DNA of 64,000 bases, filler included, from Circinaria calcarea (Eukaryota): the NCBI GenBank assembly GCA_051942165.1. It is 31 parts of 31 records of this genome, joined end to end, with 100 filler letters (N's around TTAATTAATTAA, not from the genome) between each part and the next. Parts side by side here need not be neighbours in the genome. Positions count along the whole stretch, not along the records: positions 47,741 to 49,702 come from JAVECS010004036.1; positions 49,803 to 51,763 come from JAVECS010004037.1; positions 51,864 to 53,823 come from JAVECS010004038.1; positions 53,924 to 55,883 come from JAVECS010004039.1; positions 55,984 to 57,943 come from JAVECS010004040.1; positions 58,044 to 60,002 come from JAVECS010004041.1; positions 60,103 to 62,061 come from JAVECS010004042.1; positions 62,162 to 64,000 come from JAVECS010004168.1; 23 more parts are not named here. One strand, written 5' to 3'. Within the stretch, counting starts at the first letter, position 1. Each line of letters begins with the position of its first letter. The notes below the pieces were generated by a model. It worked only from the letters and a program-made list of their open reading frames with translations. It was not told the origin of the DNA and made no database searches. Shown in pieces: positions 48,951 through 62,295 of this stretch. Position numbers and translations under genes: made by a program.

Positions 48951-51629
48951 GAGATATAAGAGACACTTGTAGATATAGGTACGAGTAAGGTACAAGTAAA
49001 ATAAACCTCTGTAGTGGGGGGGAGGGCCCTTTAGGCCTTTAAGCCTCGGGTTAGAATTTTTATGGAATTGATATGGAATGGATCAATGTCTAAATGTGCA
49101 TAGTACAGTAGAGAAATTACGTGTAAAAGGAGATGGAGATGGAGATAGAGATGGACAGCAAAGAAAAAGAACAGGGCAGTACAGTGCAGTACAGTACAAT
49201 GCAGTAGGTAGTTCTCAAATTGGGAGCTGGAGCTGAAGCTGGAGCTGGAGCTGGAGTGGCTCACTCACTACAACGACATGGAAACATGACTCCTGGTGGC
49301 GTTGATGTAGCACTAAAGCCCATTTGAATTGTTCTGGTTTTTCTGTTGTCTGAGCGAAGGGGTTTTTAAAGGGGTTCCCATGTGCTCGTCATAGCAATGT
49401 AAATGCCCCTTTAAGCCAGCCCCGAACCCGACCCTTTTTGTACATTCCCATTCCGTGTTATGATACAACTCTACTTCTACCTCCTTCCCTTTTCCCTTCC
49501 CATCCAACCCTCCTCCCCTCAACTCCTTACCCCCTCATCCCGTATCCGCCCTCCCACGCCTAACCCTCCGATTCCGCCTCCGACTCGCCCGGATCATATC
49601 CTCCGTCAGCAACTCAGCCGGCAGCTCAAATTCACGCTCAGCCACCTCAGGCACCGGACACCCAAACGCAAATCTCGTGCGGCCCCGGCGGTGCTTGGAA
49701 ATNNNNNNNNNNNNNNNNNNNNNNNNNNNNNNNNNNNNNNNNNNNNTTAATTAATTAANNNNNNNNNNNNNNNNNNNNNNNNNNNNNNNNNNNNNNNNNN
49801 NNGTTTTGGTGGGGTGGAGGGGGGTTGAAGTGCGTGAAGGATTTTTTTTACCAGATGGGGAAAATTTTACGTGTGGTGTTTTTGCTTATGGTTTTGATGG
49901 TGGAGGTGTGAGTAAGAAAAAAAGGGGGGAAGGAGGATTGTGAAGATCGAGGGGGGAAGGGTGTATGTGGAGGAGGTTGGCAAGGTATGCTAGGTGATAG
50001 ATAAGGGGATAAGGATAGGGGAGGGGTGAGATGAGACGACGGAAGGTTTGCGTACTGTGGAGCGCAGTGTTATGATTTTTTATGCCTGAAGTGGGAGAGG
50101 GGTGGATGGATATTTGATGGCTTGGAGGCGTGGTTTGGGTTGAGGATGCAGTGGAATTGGGTTATTTCCGGAGTCTGGGATGAATATCTCTACCATTCTT
50201 GTGGGAAGGGGGGGGTGGGAAGATGCACTATTGGAGAATGGTCGTTTCGCTCATTATGTGTTGGTTCAGTCCTTGACGGCGGAAACGAGGAAACGGTTAC
50301 TGGACCTTTACATTGCGTTTCCTATGTGTGTGCGTACTGATCAGCTAACAGCATTCTATTTTAAGAAGGCAAACTGGAGTTTCGGACGGTTGGGTATCAG
50401 GAAGGTGATCAGAGTGAAGCCCAATTATATCATGTGCTTGAATTATGGATTCTAGCATTTAAGGTAGAACGATATTTTCTTGGATTCATCATTGTTTAGG
50501 GGGGAGGTATGCTGGTTCTCGTATATGCAATATTGAGAGTGGACTTACCAACAGTCTCACTACTCCTCCTTCGTCCGTTTGGCCTTCTATATCCTTCACA
50601 TGCTTCACAGATTCGTTTGAGAAAGCAGAACTGGGCTTTGGACCTGTCAGTCGAGATACACCCCGAAGGTCGAGAAGTCAAAGAAATAGAACTTTGCCTG
50701 ACGGTTCCCATACTGCTGGTCATCTTGTGCAAGATTGCGTCTGATTTTATCATTTTGTTTCATCCCTTTGGCATTTTGTGATGTGGTGTATCAATCTAGG
50801 AAGACTTGCCTTTGGGATTGTTGAGTTCATGAGCACTGATGCTTCTTCACCCCTTTCGAGGCGCCTCTGCTTGATGCCGGTCGTCGAATCAGGTGGTGAC
50901 ATCAACTTTTTATACAATGGTAAATGCAGCTAAGCGAACGAGTCGGGTGGATACCTTGATGACAGTGGGTAGACCCTCTCAGATCTGCCACTCTTCTTTA
51001 CCATTGGTTACGTTGAAGTCGATTTCGTCTAACCCTGTCACATTCTGCGCCTTGTGTAAGGCTGGTGCTCGCCCTCGGGGGACTCCGCGAGGGCCAGCGG
51101 AATAAGTTGGAGTTAGAGTTAAGGTACTTTATTTCTTTTTCTTCCCAGACGTTTTACTGGACGTAACGAAACTCAACTTCCCTTTTCTCCTCACTTCTCC
51201 TAGATCCCTCACCCACATAATCTCACCCACCCTCTTAGGATCCTGACGTCCTTAGAGAAATAGTACTACAATCCCCCAATCAACACATACAAATTCTCAA
51301 CTACCAAAGCGAACCCGATAGTTAGTTGCCCGATCAGTCTCATGCTGTTCGTCATCTCGCGTATACGAATGCAGCGGATAAGCAACCATGAAAGGAACTG
51401 TTCATCTCTTCAGGGCGTCAGTGTCATGGGGTACCGGTATCATCGCCTACCGAGAGGGGTGGCAAGGTGAAAATGACGGAACCTACTTTGCCCTTTTGGC
51501 TATTCCAACTCAGAGATATTGGCGGTGGTGAGCTGGCTTCTGATGATGTGCCATGGCTGTTTGCTTCTTTGCGAAGAGGGGTGGTGGTGTTTGGTGGGGT
51601 TTGAGTGTTGTGACGGTTGAAGCGAGCAA

Positions 51630-51763
51630 GTAAGTGAGTGAAGTAAGTGAGTGAAGTAAGTGAGTGAAGTAAGTGAGTGAAGTAAGTGAGTGAAGTAAGT
51701 GAGTGAAGTAAGTGAGTGAAGTAAGTGAGTGAAGTAAGTGAGTGAAGTAAGTGAGTGAAGTAA
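51630..51763. repeat. Perfect 13-bp tandem repeat (gtaagtgagtgaa), about 10 copies, running into the gap
   Basis: Directly visible. Confidence 0.95.
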
Positions 51764-51863
51764 NNNNNNNNNNNNNNNNNNNNNNNNNNNNNNNNNNNNN
51801 NNNNNNNTTAATTAATTAANNNNNNNNNNNNNNNNNNNNNNNNNNNNNNNNNNNNNNNNNNNN

Positions 51864-52851
51864 AGAGCGGGAAGATTGGAGAGAAGTTGGTGGCCACAAT
51901 GAACAGCTTTGGCGTTCGTAGTACATTTTTACATCCGACTGAAGCGCTCCATGGCGATCTGGGGGTGATTGGTGAAGTTGGTCTACACGTCTCTATCGCC
52001 GAACGTATCAGCGGTACTGACGTTCATCGTTCCAGAATGATACCCTTCTCTTGATAACATTTTCCGGTCGAACAGCTGAACTTCTGATGCTGCTACAACA
52101 CATCCGCTCATCTGTTCCGTTAATAGCCATCACCTCTCACACAAACCCTTCGACCTGTTCTTTGTTCCACCACCGAAATCCTTCGAATTGTATACTCCTT
52201 CCTGCTCCAATCCCCGTATCCGAAACCGTCTCCTTTGGTCTTGCAGCACCTACTACATCTACAACCGTCGCACTTACCATCGGTGATGCTCTCGCCATGG
52301 CGGTACTAAATCGCCTTCATTCCTCGCCTGCAGATGTATTCCACAAGTATCATCCCGGCGGCGCGATTGGGGCTGCCGTCTCAAAAGGCCCCCAAAGGAT
52401 GGCGGAACTAGCGGCAATTGTCGCTGATGTACCCATTGCACGAATACAAAGTCGCCACTCGAGTGCCTCTACTTCGCTCACAGTTCTCGATATCCTCCTG
52501 ACAGCAGCCCGTTCCTCTTCCGGCTGGGTGCGTCTTTCCTCAAGGACTATAGTTGGCCCTCGTACCATCCAGAAACTCGGCCGTGACCCATCCAACCTTG
52601 ACCGGGAAATCCATCATCTAGAAGCAGGGACAGTTGTTGAAAAACAAGATTGGATTTCCATCCCCGGGTCCAGTACTATTGAGGAGGCAAAGCAGTGGAT
52701 CATGGACATGCGCCGGGGCGAGCGGGGAAAGCAGTTTTTGAAAGAAGGGACGATCTTGGGAATTGTCGACGAGGAAAAAGAGGTCAGTGGGGTGGTTGAG
52801 ATTGAGGAGCTGGGCTGGACAGAGGAAGAGTGGAGTGGAGATGGCGGGTGA
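51864..52851 (+). CDS. KpsF/GutQ-family SIS-domain sugar-phosphate isomerase (5'-truncated)
   Basis: SGKIGEKLVATMNSFG, FLHPTEALHGDLG, TFSGRTAEL, APTTSTT..GDALA, FHKYHPGGAIG; intron at about 51977-52035. Confidence 0.9.
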
Positions 52852-53923
52852 GGAGTCTATGGTTGTCTGACAGGGTATTGGTTGGATAGATGGCCTTTAC
52901 AAAGGTTCTATGGCTTTTACACTAGAGGAGTTTTTAGATCTCAAAGTTTTTTTTTTTTGGATTGACAAATTCCTAGTTTCCCCATCATTGTTCGTTCTGG
53001 ACTAAGAATCCCTACTCGGGATATTTCTCACCCTAAGCTAACTACCTAAGTAAGGTAACCGAGGGCTTAAGTTTCCGCACCCCACTTTTAGTTTAGACTA
53101 GAGAGCGCACGGAGTATCCGTGCATGAGAATCTAAACAAAGATTCCCTTCCCCATCCCCTTCCCCTTCCTCGTTTCGAAGTTCGAAACGCATCCGCACCA
53201 CACCACGCAAATCAGGAAATCAGGAAATCAGGATTCGGAATCGGAATCGAAATCTCCCGGCTGAACTTTTCTTGCGCCGCTGCGAGGATGGGGGGGGGAA
53301 GCCCAATTCCTCATACATACTGTGTGATTCGAGCCACAGCCCCAGCGACACAAAAATCCCCTATCCCACGGGGGGGGGGGGGGGGTTTAAACAAAGTACA
53401 GTACAAGGGTGTAGGAACGGGACCCTGAGAACCCTTGTTTTTTTTTTATTCGGGTAGTATTTAGTTGTTTGGTAAGATTACCGGAACTTTTACATTCAGG
53501 AGGGGTTTTCTCTCTTTAGTAGACTTACCATAACGTCGGTTTCTTGCTTCCGCCCTATACTCATGCTCATGCTCATGCACAAAATAAGGGGGAGGTGGGG
53601 AGGTTTACAAAACTTCCCTTCCCCAATCCAACCGCCGAAGATGGCTGATACTAATACTAATGCTAATTACTTGACTTGATGACTCGTCGAGGAAGACCCG
53701 AAGGAAAAACGTGGGGATTGGATGGAAATATATACCACATGTGGTATTTTCTACGCCTGATCAGTCCGGGGGTGCGAGTTCCTGAGCAGGATGAAAGGGG
53801 AGATTTTGATACGGAGTAGGGTTNNNNNNNNNNNNNNNNNNNNNNNNNNNNNNNNNNNNNNNNNNNNTTAATTAATTAANNNNNNNNNNNNNNNNNNNNN
53901 NNNNNNNNNNNNNNNNNNNNNNN

Positions 53924-54243
53924 TTGTGCCCCGTACCGTTACCTACCGTCAGTACAAGGAAAAGAAAGCTGCCAAGGAAGCTTCGAAGGCTATGCGGCAA
54001 TTACCGACTGGTCAGACCACACTTGATGGGAAGCATCTGCCATCTGGCCATACAACTGAACAGATCAACCATAGTAGCACTATGATGGACGATGGCACCG
54101 TCTCCCCCAAGGATAGATCAAATCGTACTAGCACTACCCAACCTGCCAATGGAGTATCAGCTGACGCTGATCTGCTCTTCGAACATTACGAACCTAACGG
54201 TAATTCCAAGCATGACGAGCCTAGCGACATTGAAATGCAGTGA
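53924..54243 (+). CDS. C-terminus of a probable histone-fold protein (Dpb3/NF-YC-like)
   Basis: VPRTVTYRQYKEKKA resembles the segment following the fungal Dpb3-type histone fold; the rest is low complexity. Confidence 0.45.
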
Positions 54244-54849
54244 ACTTGCTTATGAGACCAATAAGGAATGATCGCGTGACGGTTTGGAAGGTACCATCAG
54301 TTTAGAATTACAGAGGGGAGGGGGGTTCTTACGAGCACGCATCGTTTTGGCATGGTGTCAGGCAAATAGGTTTCAATGTCTGGGGTTAGTTGCGAATTTC
54401 CATCGGTGGAACATTTCAAGTTAGTCCTGGTTGGGTATTGCCTTAGGTGGAACAGCTCCATGGACTCAAGAGAGGTTCTTAGTGCATCAACGACGAGCTG
54501 AAGGGAATCGAGCGTGGTTAGAATGCATGGAGTAGTCTTGAGCAAGCCGGAGGTCACATAGAACCTCAGGAGGAATACCCTAACTGCAGTTCATCTGAGG
54601 TATAGACGGCAAAGGTTAGCACGATGGAGTCAATGCCTGGGATACTTGGTAAATATCTTTCCCGAGCTGGAATGGTTTATCAGAATGAACGCTTCAAAAA
54701 AGCAGTGTGTATACCTAGTTTCAGGCAATTTGTAAAGTTAGGACTCCCCAGAGGCTCAGACTGGCACTGTACACAAGATCGAAATGGTTGCTATCCTTTG
54801 TTTCGCCTAAAAAGGTGATAAATACTGTATCGGCCGGCAATTAAAGATT

Positions 54850-55066
54850 GGCTCCCAATCCACACACACCCTAAATACATACATACACACCCTGATTATA
54901 ATAGTAACACACCCCCCCGATTAGGCAATAGTAGACGTCATATTAGGCATAGCTAGTAATACGCGATTTTTTGTGTATGTATGTATTTAGGGTGTGTGTG
55001 GATTGGGAGCCCTATTATAATCAGGGTGTGTATGTATGTATTTAGGGTGTGTGTGGATTGGGAGCC
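54850..55066. mobile_element. MITE, Mutator (MULE)-type, 217 bp
   Basis: Perfect 55-bp TIRs (54850-54904 and 55012-55066) flanked by an identical 9-bp TSD, ttaaagatt (54841-49 and 55067-75). Confidence 0.92.
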
Positions 55067-55200
55067 TTAAAGATTTTGTCTGACGAGTTTCGGCTATTAG
55101 ATGCTCACTAGCGTCATTCTTCACTTCCCTTCGTTCCGACATCGCGAATCCAACTTCAATGAAGGCGAGCATTGCTTCACTTTCTCCACCTACAAGTACG

Positions 55201-55883
55201 ATGTTACGGCTATGTGCACGTCAGCGATTATCTTCGCTGCAATCCACCTGCATCACAGCTCAACAGCGAGGTAAAGCCGACATAGTACAACGAGCGGGCG
55301 GAGAATTCGACCGAACACCCTCCTTCGCGAGTCCCTTTGTCAACGATGAGAGGCCTACAACAAGGATACCGAGCTTCGGTTCATATATGAGTAGGAAGGG
55401 TGGAACGCCCAACAAGACCTTCCAGTACTTTATGGTCGGGACCATGGGAGCGTTGGCAGCAGCAGGGGCAAAAGCTACAGTACAAGGTAGGAATCTAGCT
55501 GGATATCCGCACACCCGGGAGTGGTGGCTGCGGTCTAAATTAAAACCGTTGAGTACATACGACTGAGATTGGGTGCGCTAGATTTCCTCGTCAGCATGGC
55601 TGCATCGGCAGATGTTCTTGCGCAGGCCAAGGTCGAAATAGATCTAAGCGCGATACCCGAGGGCAAGAACGTGTGTCATGGAATAACACCGCGATCCTTG
55701 CCATCTTTCTAATGTGTGTATTAGGTTATCATCAAATGGCGAGGGAAACCGGTCTTCATTCGTCACCGCACACCAGATGAAATTCAGGAGGCCCGGGAGA
55801 CAAAGTGGGAGGCACTAAGGGACCCCCAACCTGATGAAGAGCGTGTCAAGAAGCCAGAATGGCTGATAATGCTGGGTATGCTC
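55201..55883 (+). CDS. RIP1: Ubiquinol-cytochrome c reductase Rieske Fe-S subunit (3'-truncated; alternative ATG at 55159)
   Basis: FQYFMVG..GAKATVQ|DFLVSMAASADVLAQAKVEIDL..IPEGKN|VIIKWRGKPVFIRHRT..RVKKPEWLIML. Confidence 0.96.
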
Positions 55884-55983
55884 NNNNNNNNNNNNNNNNN
55901 NNNNNNNNNNNNNNNNNNNNNNNNNNNTTAATTAATTAANNNNNNNNNNNNNNNNNNNNNNNNNNNNNNNNNNNNNNNNNNNN

Positions 55984-56313
<330 letters not shown>

Positions 56314-58043
56314 CTATCTTATTCTTCGAGGACCACGCAATGCCTTTGAATCTGATAGCAAAGACTTGGTTGGTGCATATTCTCGTAGTTACTTGTCGAA
56401 TCCAAAAGACAAAGGGTATCTTTGAGATCTGATGCTACTAAAATTCTGATATCTGTTGAAGTGCCAGAGCTACTGAAAAGGTGACCAGGATATTTGAGTG
56501 GCTGATGTGAGAGACCCTGAGTCAGACCTTAATCTGCAGCCCTACGGTTATTAGCGGATGTTGCCCCGAGTCCATCTTGAACTCCTTCTACTCTATAACT
56601 ATCTAATGTAGTGGTGATGAGGATGTGCTAGGTCGCCTGGCCGAGCTTTTCTCCAATCTCACCGAGGTCCCTTAACTATGGTGTTTCCATTGTTCTCCCG
56701 TTTGCAACATGTTCAATATCGTTGAAAGCCAGCTATCGGAGGATCCACTGACTTCATTCGCTGGCATCTGACTACAGAGGAAAATCGCCTCCCTCCTACT
56801 TAAACCTAGCAATACAAGCGCCCCTCGCCCTTTGGAACCAATCCTCTCCTAGCTTCCCTAAGCTAAGGCTCCCACTCCATCCTCTCTCCTTTGTGCCAAC
56901 CGCCCAAGAAAAGAATCCTATCCCTTATCCCCGTTCCCTCAATTCCTATTTTTACTGCTCCGCTTCTCGACGCCAAAGTTGAGAAGCGGTTCGTGATCCT
57001 GATCCGATCCATGCCAAATTACGCAAGGTCCGAGGGGAAGCCCTTTTTAGCAACATCGAATCAGCACCCCCTTGGTCCCTTTTAGGCCCTGTTTAACCCT
57101 TATTTTGATTCACCGGGAGCAATGATGACGGAACAATGAGAACGTAACCGAGTGAGGCGCGGTTTATACTCTAAAAAGGGAGTAATTCTCTTGGCTGAGC
57201 TACTTAATCCTAGGGACTAGGTGTTTTTCATGATTGCTAGGTAAGATTTTTCTGGGATTCCAACTACCTAGCGGATTTTCAGAAATATTATGTCAAGTTG
57301 TTCACGTTTATTTATTCACCCTAGGGCCGAGTTTTATTTTGCCGTTTTTATACCGAGTTAAGGTCTTAAGATTAAGAAAGCCAATACCCGGAAAAGAGAA
57401 AAGAAGAACTTGCGATTTTTATTGCTGATACTTTCTAATGCTCACCTAGCTGATGCATGTGTGGTGGAGCCGATACGGCTAGATTGGAAGGCATGGATAT
57501 TGGTATTTAGGCGTAAGCATAGATTGGCTTTTTTTCTTTCATAAATACACCTACATACATACATACATGCATGCACACATATCACGAATAAAACGGCATA
57601 GCAGAAAGCAGCAGCATTGAGGCCAGCCTTAGCATTGAATCCAGTTTTAGCATAACCTCTATATGTGTATTATACTATAGCAGTCAGTTTATGTTAGCTA
57701 TCGTCTGATTTTTCCACCTTCAGGACCTCGAAGCCTATACTCGACAGCGTCTTTGCCAAATCCTTAGTAGCATAGCGGAGCACTCTATTCTCTTCAGACA
57801 TAAAAATAGGATGCACATCTATCACTGCAGCTGTACCTTACAGCCATCCGCGCTCGAAATCACAATCGTGAGCGCTTGTTTCTCCTGCCCGGTTGGTTCT
57901 TGCGAATAACCCAGTGGTAACCTGAGTTTCGGAAAAGTCTGAANNNNNNNNNNNNNNNNNNNNNNNNNNNNNNNNNNNNNNNNNNNNTTAATTAATTAAN
58001 NNNNNNNNNNNNNNNNNNNNNNNNNNNNNNNNNNNNNNNNNNN

Positions 58044-59713
58044 TTTCCTTTGCATTGCTGTCATGTTCTCATCCCCCCAGTGCTGAAGATGAGACTTCTC
58101 CTCGCCTTGGTGAGGTTCACTTTACTCGTCGCGTGCCCATGTCAACCCCACACTATATCGGTCTTACATCTCGAGGGGCGGTGCCGCACCTTACACAGGA
58201 CATGATGCGAGATCACACATCCATCTTTGGGGTATATGCTGCGCTCGAAGACTGTATGTTCCTCAACATTTCAATCTAGCTCGTCCCCCACTTTCGGCCA
58301 TGAGTCTAACCCACTAACGATTTTGACTCTCGTCCTCGTTAGGAAGATATCGAGCGTCACACATCCTCTTCTCCCGTTCTAGCAACACCCTGTAAACCAA
58401 ATGAATCTCCCTTGCGCCGGTTCATTGCTCTACAGGATAGTGCGCTGCTCGTCCTTGGTCCACGCCGAATCCCTCCAATACCGTGTCCTGCATCAAATAC
58501 ACACAGTGCGGTTTCCATCCTTACATCCGTCGGATTTGGCACTTTGGAAGTGGAAGACTATGTTGCGGCTGTGCTTAAGTTGAAGCCCGATATTGCCTTG
58601 GGCATGGGGGACATTGTCTCTCCTGATAGCGCGAAAAGCTCGGGAATAGGGGTAAAGAGGAAGGAGAAAATGGCGGAGAGAACATTTACGTGGATGAGAG
58701 CACTCATAAACGGTCTTCGAGATAAAAAGGAAGAGGAGGATCCAGGAACGTGGCAAACAGCCTTATTTGCCCCCATCCTCCCAATTGAGCGCGAGGTGCA
58801 GAGTGATTACATCTCCGAACTTTACGATAACCAGACCTGGAAGGATATTGTCAAGGGCTTTGTGCTCGATTCTACATCCTCAGTCGAAGCCATTCCCCCG
58901 GAACTTTATCATTTACCCCGTCTATCCCTTAACAATCCATCAACACCACATGCCATCTTACACGCGATATCCCTAGGCATCGATCTCTTCACTCTCCCGT
59001 TCATTAACGAAGCAACAGAAGCCGGAATCGCTTTTTCCTTTATCTTTCCAGCCCCTCCTTCCTCTTCGGAGGAGCTTGCACTCGGATTCGACATGTGGTC
59101 CCCCACGTATTCCAAAGATCTATCTTCCCTCATTGATGACTGTAAATGCTATGCATGCATACATCACCATAGAGCGTACATCCAACATCTTCTCTCCGCA
59201 AAAGAGATGCTTGCGTGGGTGCTTTTACAAGTACACAATCACCATATGATCGACAAGTTCTTCGCAGGAGTAAGAGAGAGTATCTCAAACGGTACATTCG
59301 AAGAGCAACAAAGGCAGTTTTGGAATACCTACGAGAGTGAATTACCAGCGAAGACGGGACAGGGACCGCGGTACGTTTCTTCCTCTTTCCAGATATCCTA
59401 ATATCAACTACTCTTCCTTTCTCCCAATTCCTCCTCCGAGAATCACAACCCCAGAATCTCTTACTAATCCCCTTCCTCGTACAGAATAAGAGGCTACCAG
59501 CACCATCACGCCGGGCCCTCCAAATCCAAATCCAACCCGTCCGCCTACAGAAAACTTACGGAGCCGGAGTCCGCGACCAACGCGGATTTGCAAGCGGAGG
59601 TAAATACGATCCCGAAGATGGCCGTCGAGGCAAAGGATACGGAGTGGCCGATTCCGGATGTTTCTGGACAAGAGTTGGAGGAGGTTGGGTTTGCGAGGAT
59701 GATGGATGAATAG
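58044..59713 (+). CDS. Queuine tRNA-ribosyltransferase accessory subunit (QTRT2/QTRTD1-like), at least 3 exons
   Basis: TSRGAVPHLTQD, GIDLF, Zn site CKCYAC..HHRAYIQHLL.AKEMLAWVLLQVHN, GQGPR|IRGYQ. Confidence 0.88.
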
Positions 59714-59909
59714 GCGAGAGGGAGAAGGAAAGGGGGAGGCAGGTGAGATGAAAGGGATGTGACAGATGGAGGAAAGGCAGTAGTTGGCTTTGCAGTGAAC
59801 TAGATGGGTTAGAATACAGAAGATTGAATCTAAATCCAATCCTAATACTTCTCCTTCACTACTTCACCCCCTTTTACACATCCAAACCCCTTTTCCTAAT
59901 TCTCTCTCT

Positions 59910-60002
59910 CTTTCTCCCCTATTTCTCCCCTATTTCTCCCCTATTTCTCCCCTATTTCTCCCCTATTTTCCCCCTAATTTCCCTCTAATTTCCCCCTAAT
60001 TT
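59910..60002. repeat. 11-bp tandem repeat (atttctcccct)
   Basis: Directly visible; becomes degenerate toward the gap. Confidence 0.9.
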
Positions 60003-60102
60003 NNNNNNNNNNNNNNNNNNNNNNNNNNNNNNNNNNNNNNNNNNNNTTAATTAATTAANNNNNNNNNNNNNNNNNNNNNNNNNNNNNNNNNNNNNNNNNN
60101 NN

Positions 60103-60444
60103 TCGATATTTTTTTACAGTCTCTTGGAATGTCCAAGAGCGTCTGCCTTCGTACTCCCGCCATTTCACATTGGCTGCAGCCATCAACCTCGAGATTGGGT
60201 GAGCATCCACGGGCTCGTGCTGGCTTTCGAGTTCATCGTCTTCCGGTAAATCTGCTTTAGGCGGACTTGCTTCAGGCAGGGCTGCTTCCGCAGAGCTTTT
60301 GTGCCTACCAGGTATTGGTACTTTGTCTATCGTTGATCGTATATCGCTTCCAGAGAGTGGGATGAGGTTGGCGACGATGAATAGGAAAGCAATTGTAACA
60401 ACGACAAAGACAAGTCGCCGTTTCCCGATCCCCGTAAAGAACAT
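60103..60444 (-). CDS. Type II membrane protein, probable GT90/CAP10-like glycosyltransferase N-terminus
   Basis: N-terminal TM anchor, then HPISRLM..A...W.....S.TFQETVKKYR. Confidence 0.65.
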
Positions 60445-60899
60445 GGTGGTCGCCCGTTGGAGACGTGATAAAGCATCGAGCCTGTTAGAAGAAGAATTTT
60501 CCTATGCTCGTGGGCGTATCACGCACGCGCCGGTTTAAAATGACTTTCTTTACTTCAATTAAAGGGCATATGCGCTACATCATCAAGCCGACCATAACTT
60601 TGGTCGCAGGGGTATTTTATGCTAGCGCTACGCTGAAAGCACTAACTCTTTTATCAATTGACCGATTTTACTGGTGGACAGCGAGGCTCTAGCTGTATTA
60701 GGCATTGATTTACTAATGCTCCGCTAGCAATTAAAACCCTTCCGACCATAGTACTCCGTAAATAGAGAGAAGACAAAATCAAGAAGTCACCGGGTGGATA
60801 GTAACCCCGATCCGATATTAACCGCTAAGCATCTTGTACCGGAAATAATAACGGGAGGGACTTCATACCTATTCCAACACACCTACCAAAACCTCGACC

Positions 60900-61843
60900 A
60901 TGCCTCCTCAATTATCAATATACGCCCGGTCTACGTGCGCCAGCCATCCCATCACCTCGATACTTACGCCCTTCTTACTACCCTGTCTCCAAACCCAACA
61001 GCGCTCAGCATCCATTCTCTCCAGTCTATCAGACACCCTCGGATCCTACAACAAGAAGATCCGACGGGGTCGCGGACCCGCATCCGGCAAAGGGAAAACG
61101 TCAGGAAGAGGCCACAAGGGACAGAAGCAGCACGGAAAGGTCCCTCGAGACTTCAATGGAGGTCAAACACCGTTGGAAGTGGTGCATGGTACCAGGGGCT
61201 TTGTCAACGTGTATGGCTTTCCCTCTCCTCTCCTTCCGAACCCGCTTTATCAAAACAATTAATTTGATACCTGTATAATAGCTTCTCCGTCGACATGGTC
61301 CCCGTGAATCTCGACCGCATCCAATCCTGGGTCGACCAAGGCCGCCTCGACCCCTCCAAACCCATCACCATCAAAGAACTCGGCGACTCCAACTGCGTCG
61401 CCAACGTCAAGGACGGCGTCAAGCTTCTCGCGCGAGGCTCCGAGCACCTGCGCGTCCCCCTCCACATTGTTGTCTCGCGGGCCTCGGGTGCGGCGATTTC
61501 CGCCGTCGAGGCTGCAGGCGGTTCCGTCATGACGAGATTCTACACTCCCTTTTCCATCAAGAAGATACTCCGCGGCACCACCGATCCTGTCATCTCACTC
61601 CGCTCGAAGCAGGACTCCGAAGGGACCGAAAAGAGACAGACGGGTTTCTTGCACCGGTTACCCGATCCGACTAGCAGAAAGGATATCGAGTACTATCGGG
61701 ATCCGGCGCATAGGGGCTATCTAAGCCACTTGATTGAGGAAGGCCAGGGACCGAGTTTGTTTTTCAAGACGCCGGGGACCGGTAGATCCCTGGCGAGGAA
61801 GAAAAGCGCCAAGGCTGTGGCGGGGGAGAATCGGATTTGGTAG
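60900..61843 (+). CDS. MRPL10: Mitochondrial ribosomal protein uL15m (YmL10)
   Basis: RRGRGPASGKGKTSGRGHKGQKQ, FNGGQTPL, VNLDRIQSWVDQGRLDP, DGVKLLARG; intron 61211-61281. Confidence 0.94.
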
Positions 61844-62295
61844 TACAGTAAAAAGGAAGTCAGTTACAGACACAATTACTTTTAAGCCGCACAAGTAAAA
61901 CCTCATCGAAAATTATTATGAAAATCCGCGAAATAGATATATGTCTCTCGTGCCTTCCACAAGCTTCCCACAATTAAACCCCCCCCCCTCGCCTGGAAGA
62001 CCCGCAAACAAACCCGAGCCAGCACCGCCTATTCTCCATCAAAAACCCCTCCCTATCATCCNNNNNNNNNNNNNNNNNNNNNNNNNNNNNNNNNNNNNNN
62101 NNNNNTTAATTAATTAANNNNNNNNNNNNNNNNNNNNNNNNNNNNNNNNNNNNNNNNNNNNGACTATATCTCAGCTCGGATTTATATTTATACGTGTGTT
62201 CGCGGTGTATCAGATTTGACCTTATTAGCATACACAGCGTCACTTCAGTGGTGATGAATGATCTCGTGATGCGATAATGATTACGTGAAAATACC

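Noticed and set aside
49535..49702. Short minus-strand C-terminal frame (ISKHRRGRTRFAFG...); similar stubs at 18745-18881 and 20569-20721
   Set aside because: Plausible gene ends but too short to assign.
56610..56755. Candidate C/D snoRNA (GTGATGA at 56614, CTGA at 56748)
   Set aside because: No convincing terminal stem or rRNA antisense element by eye; would need snoscan or Infernal.
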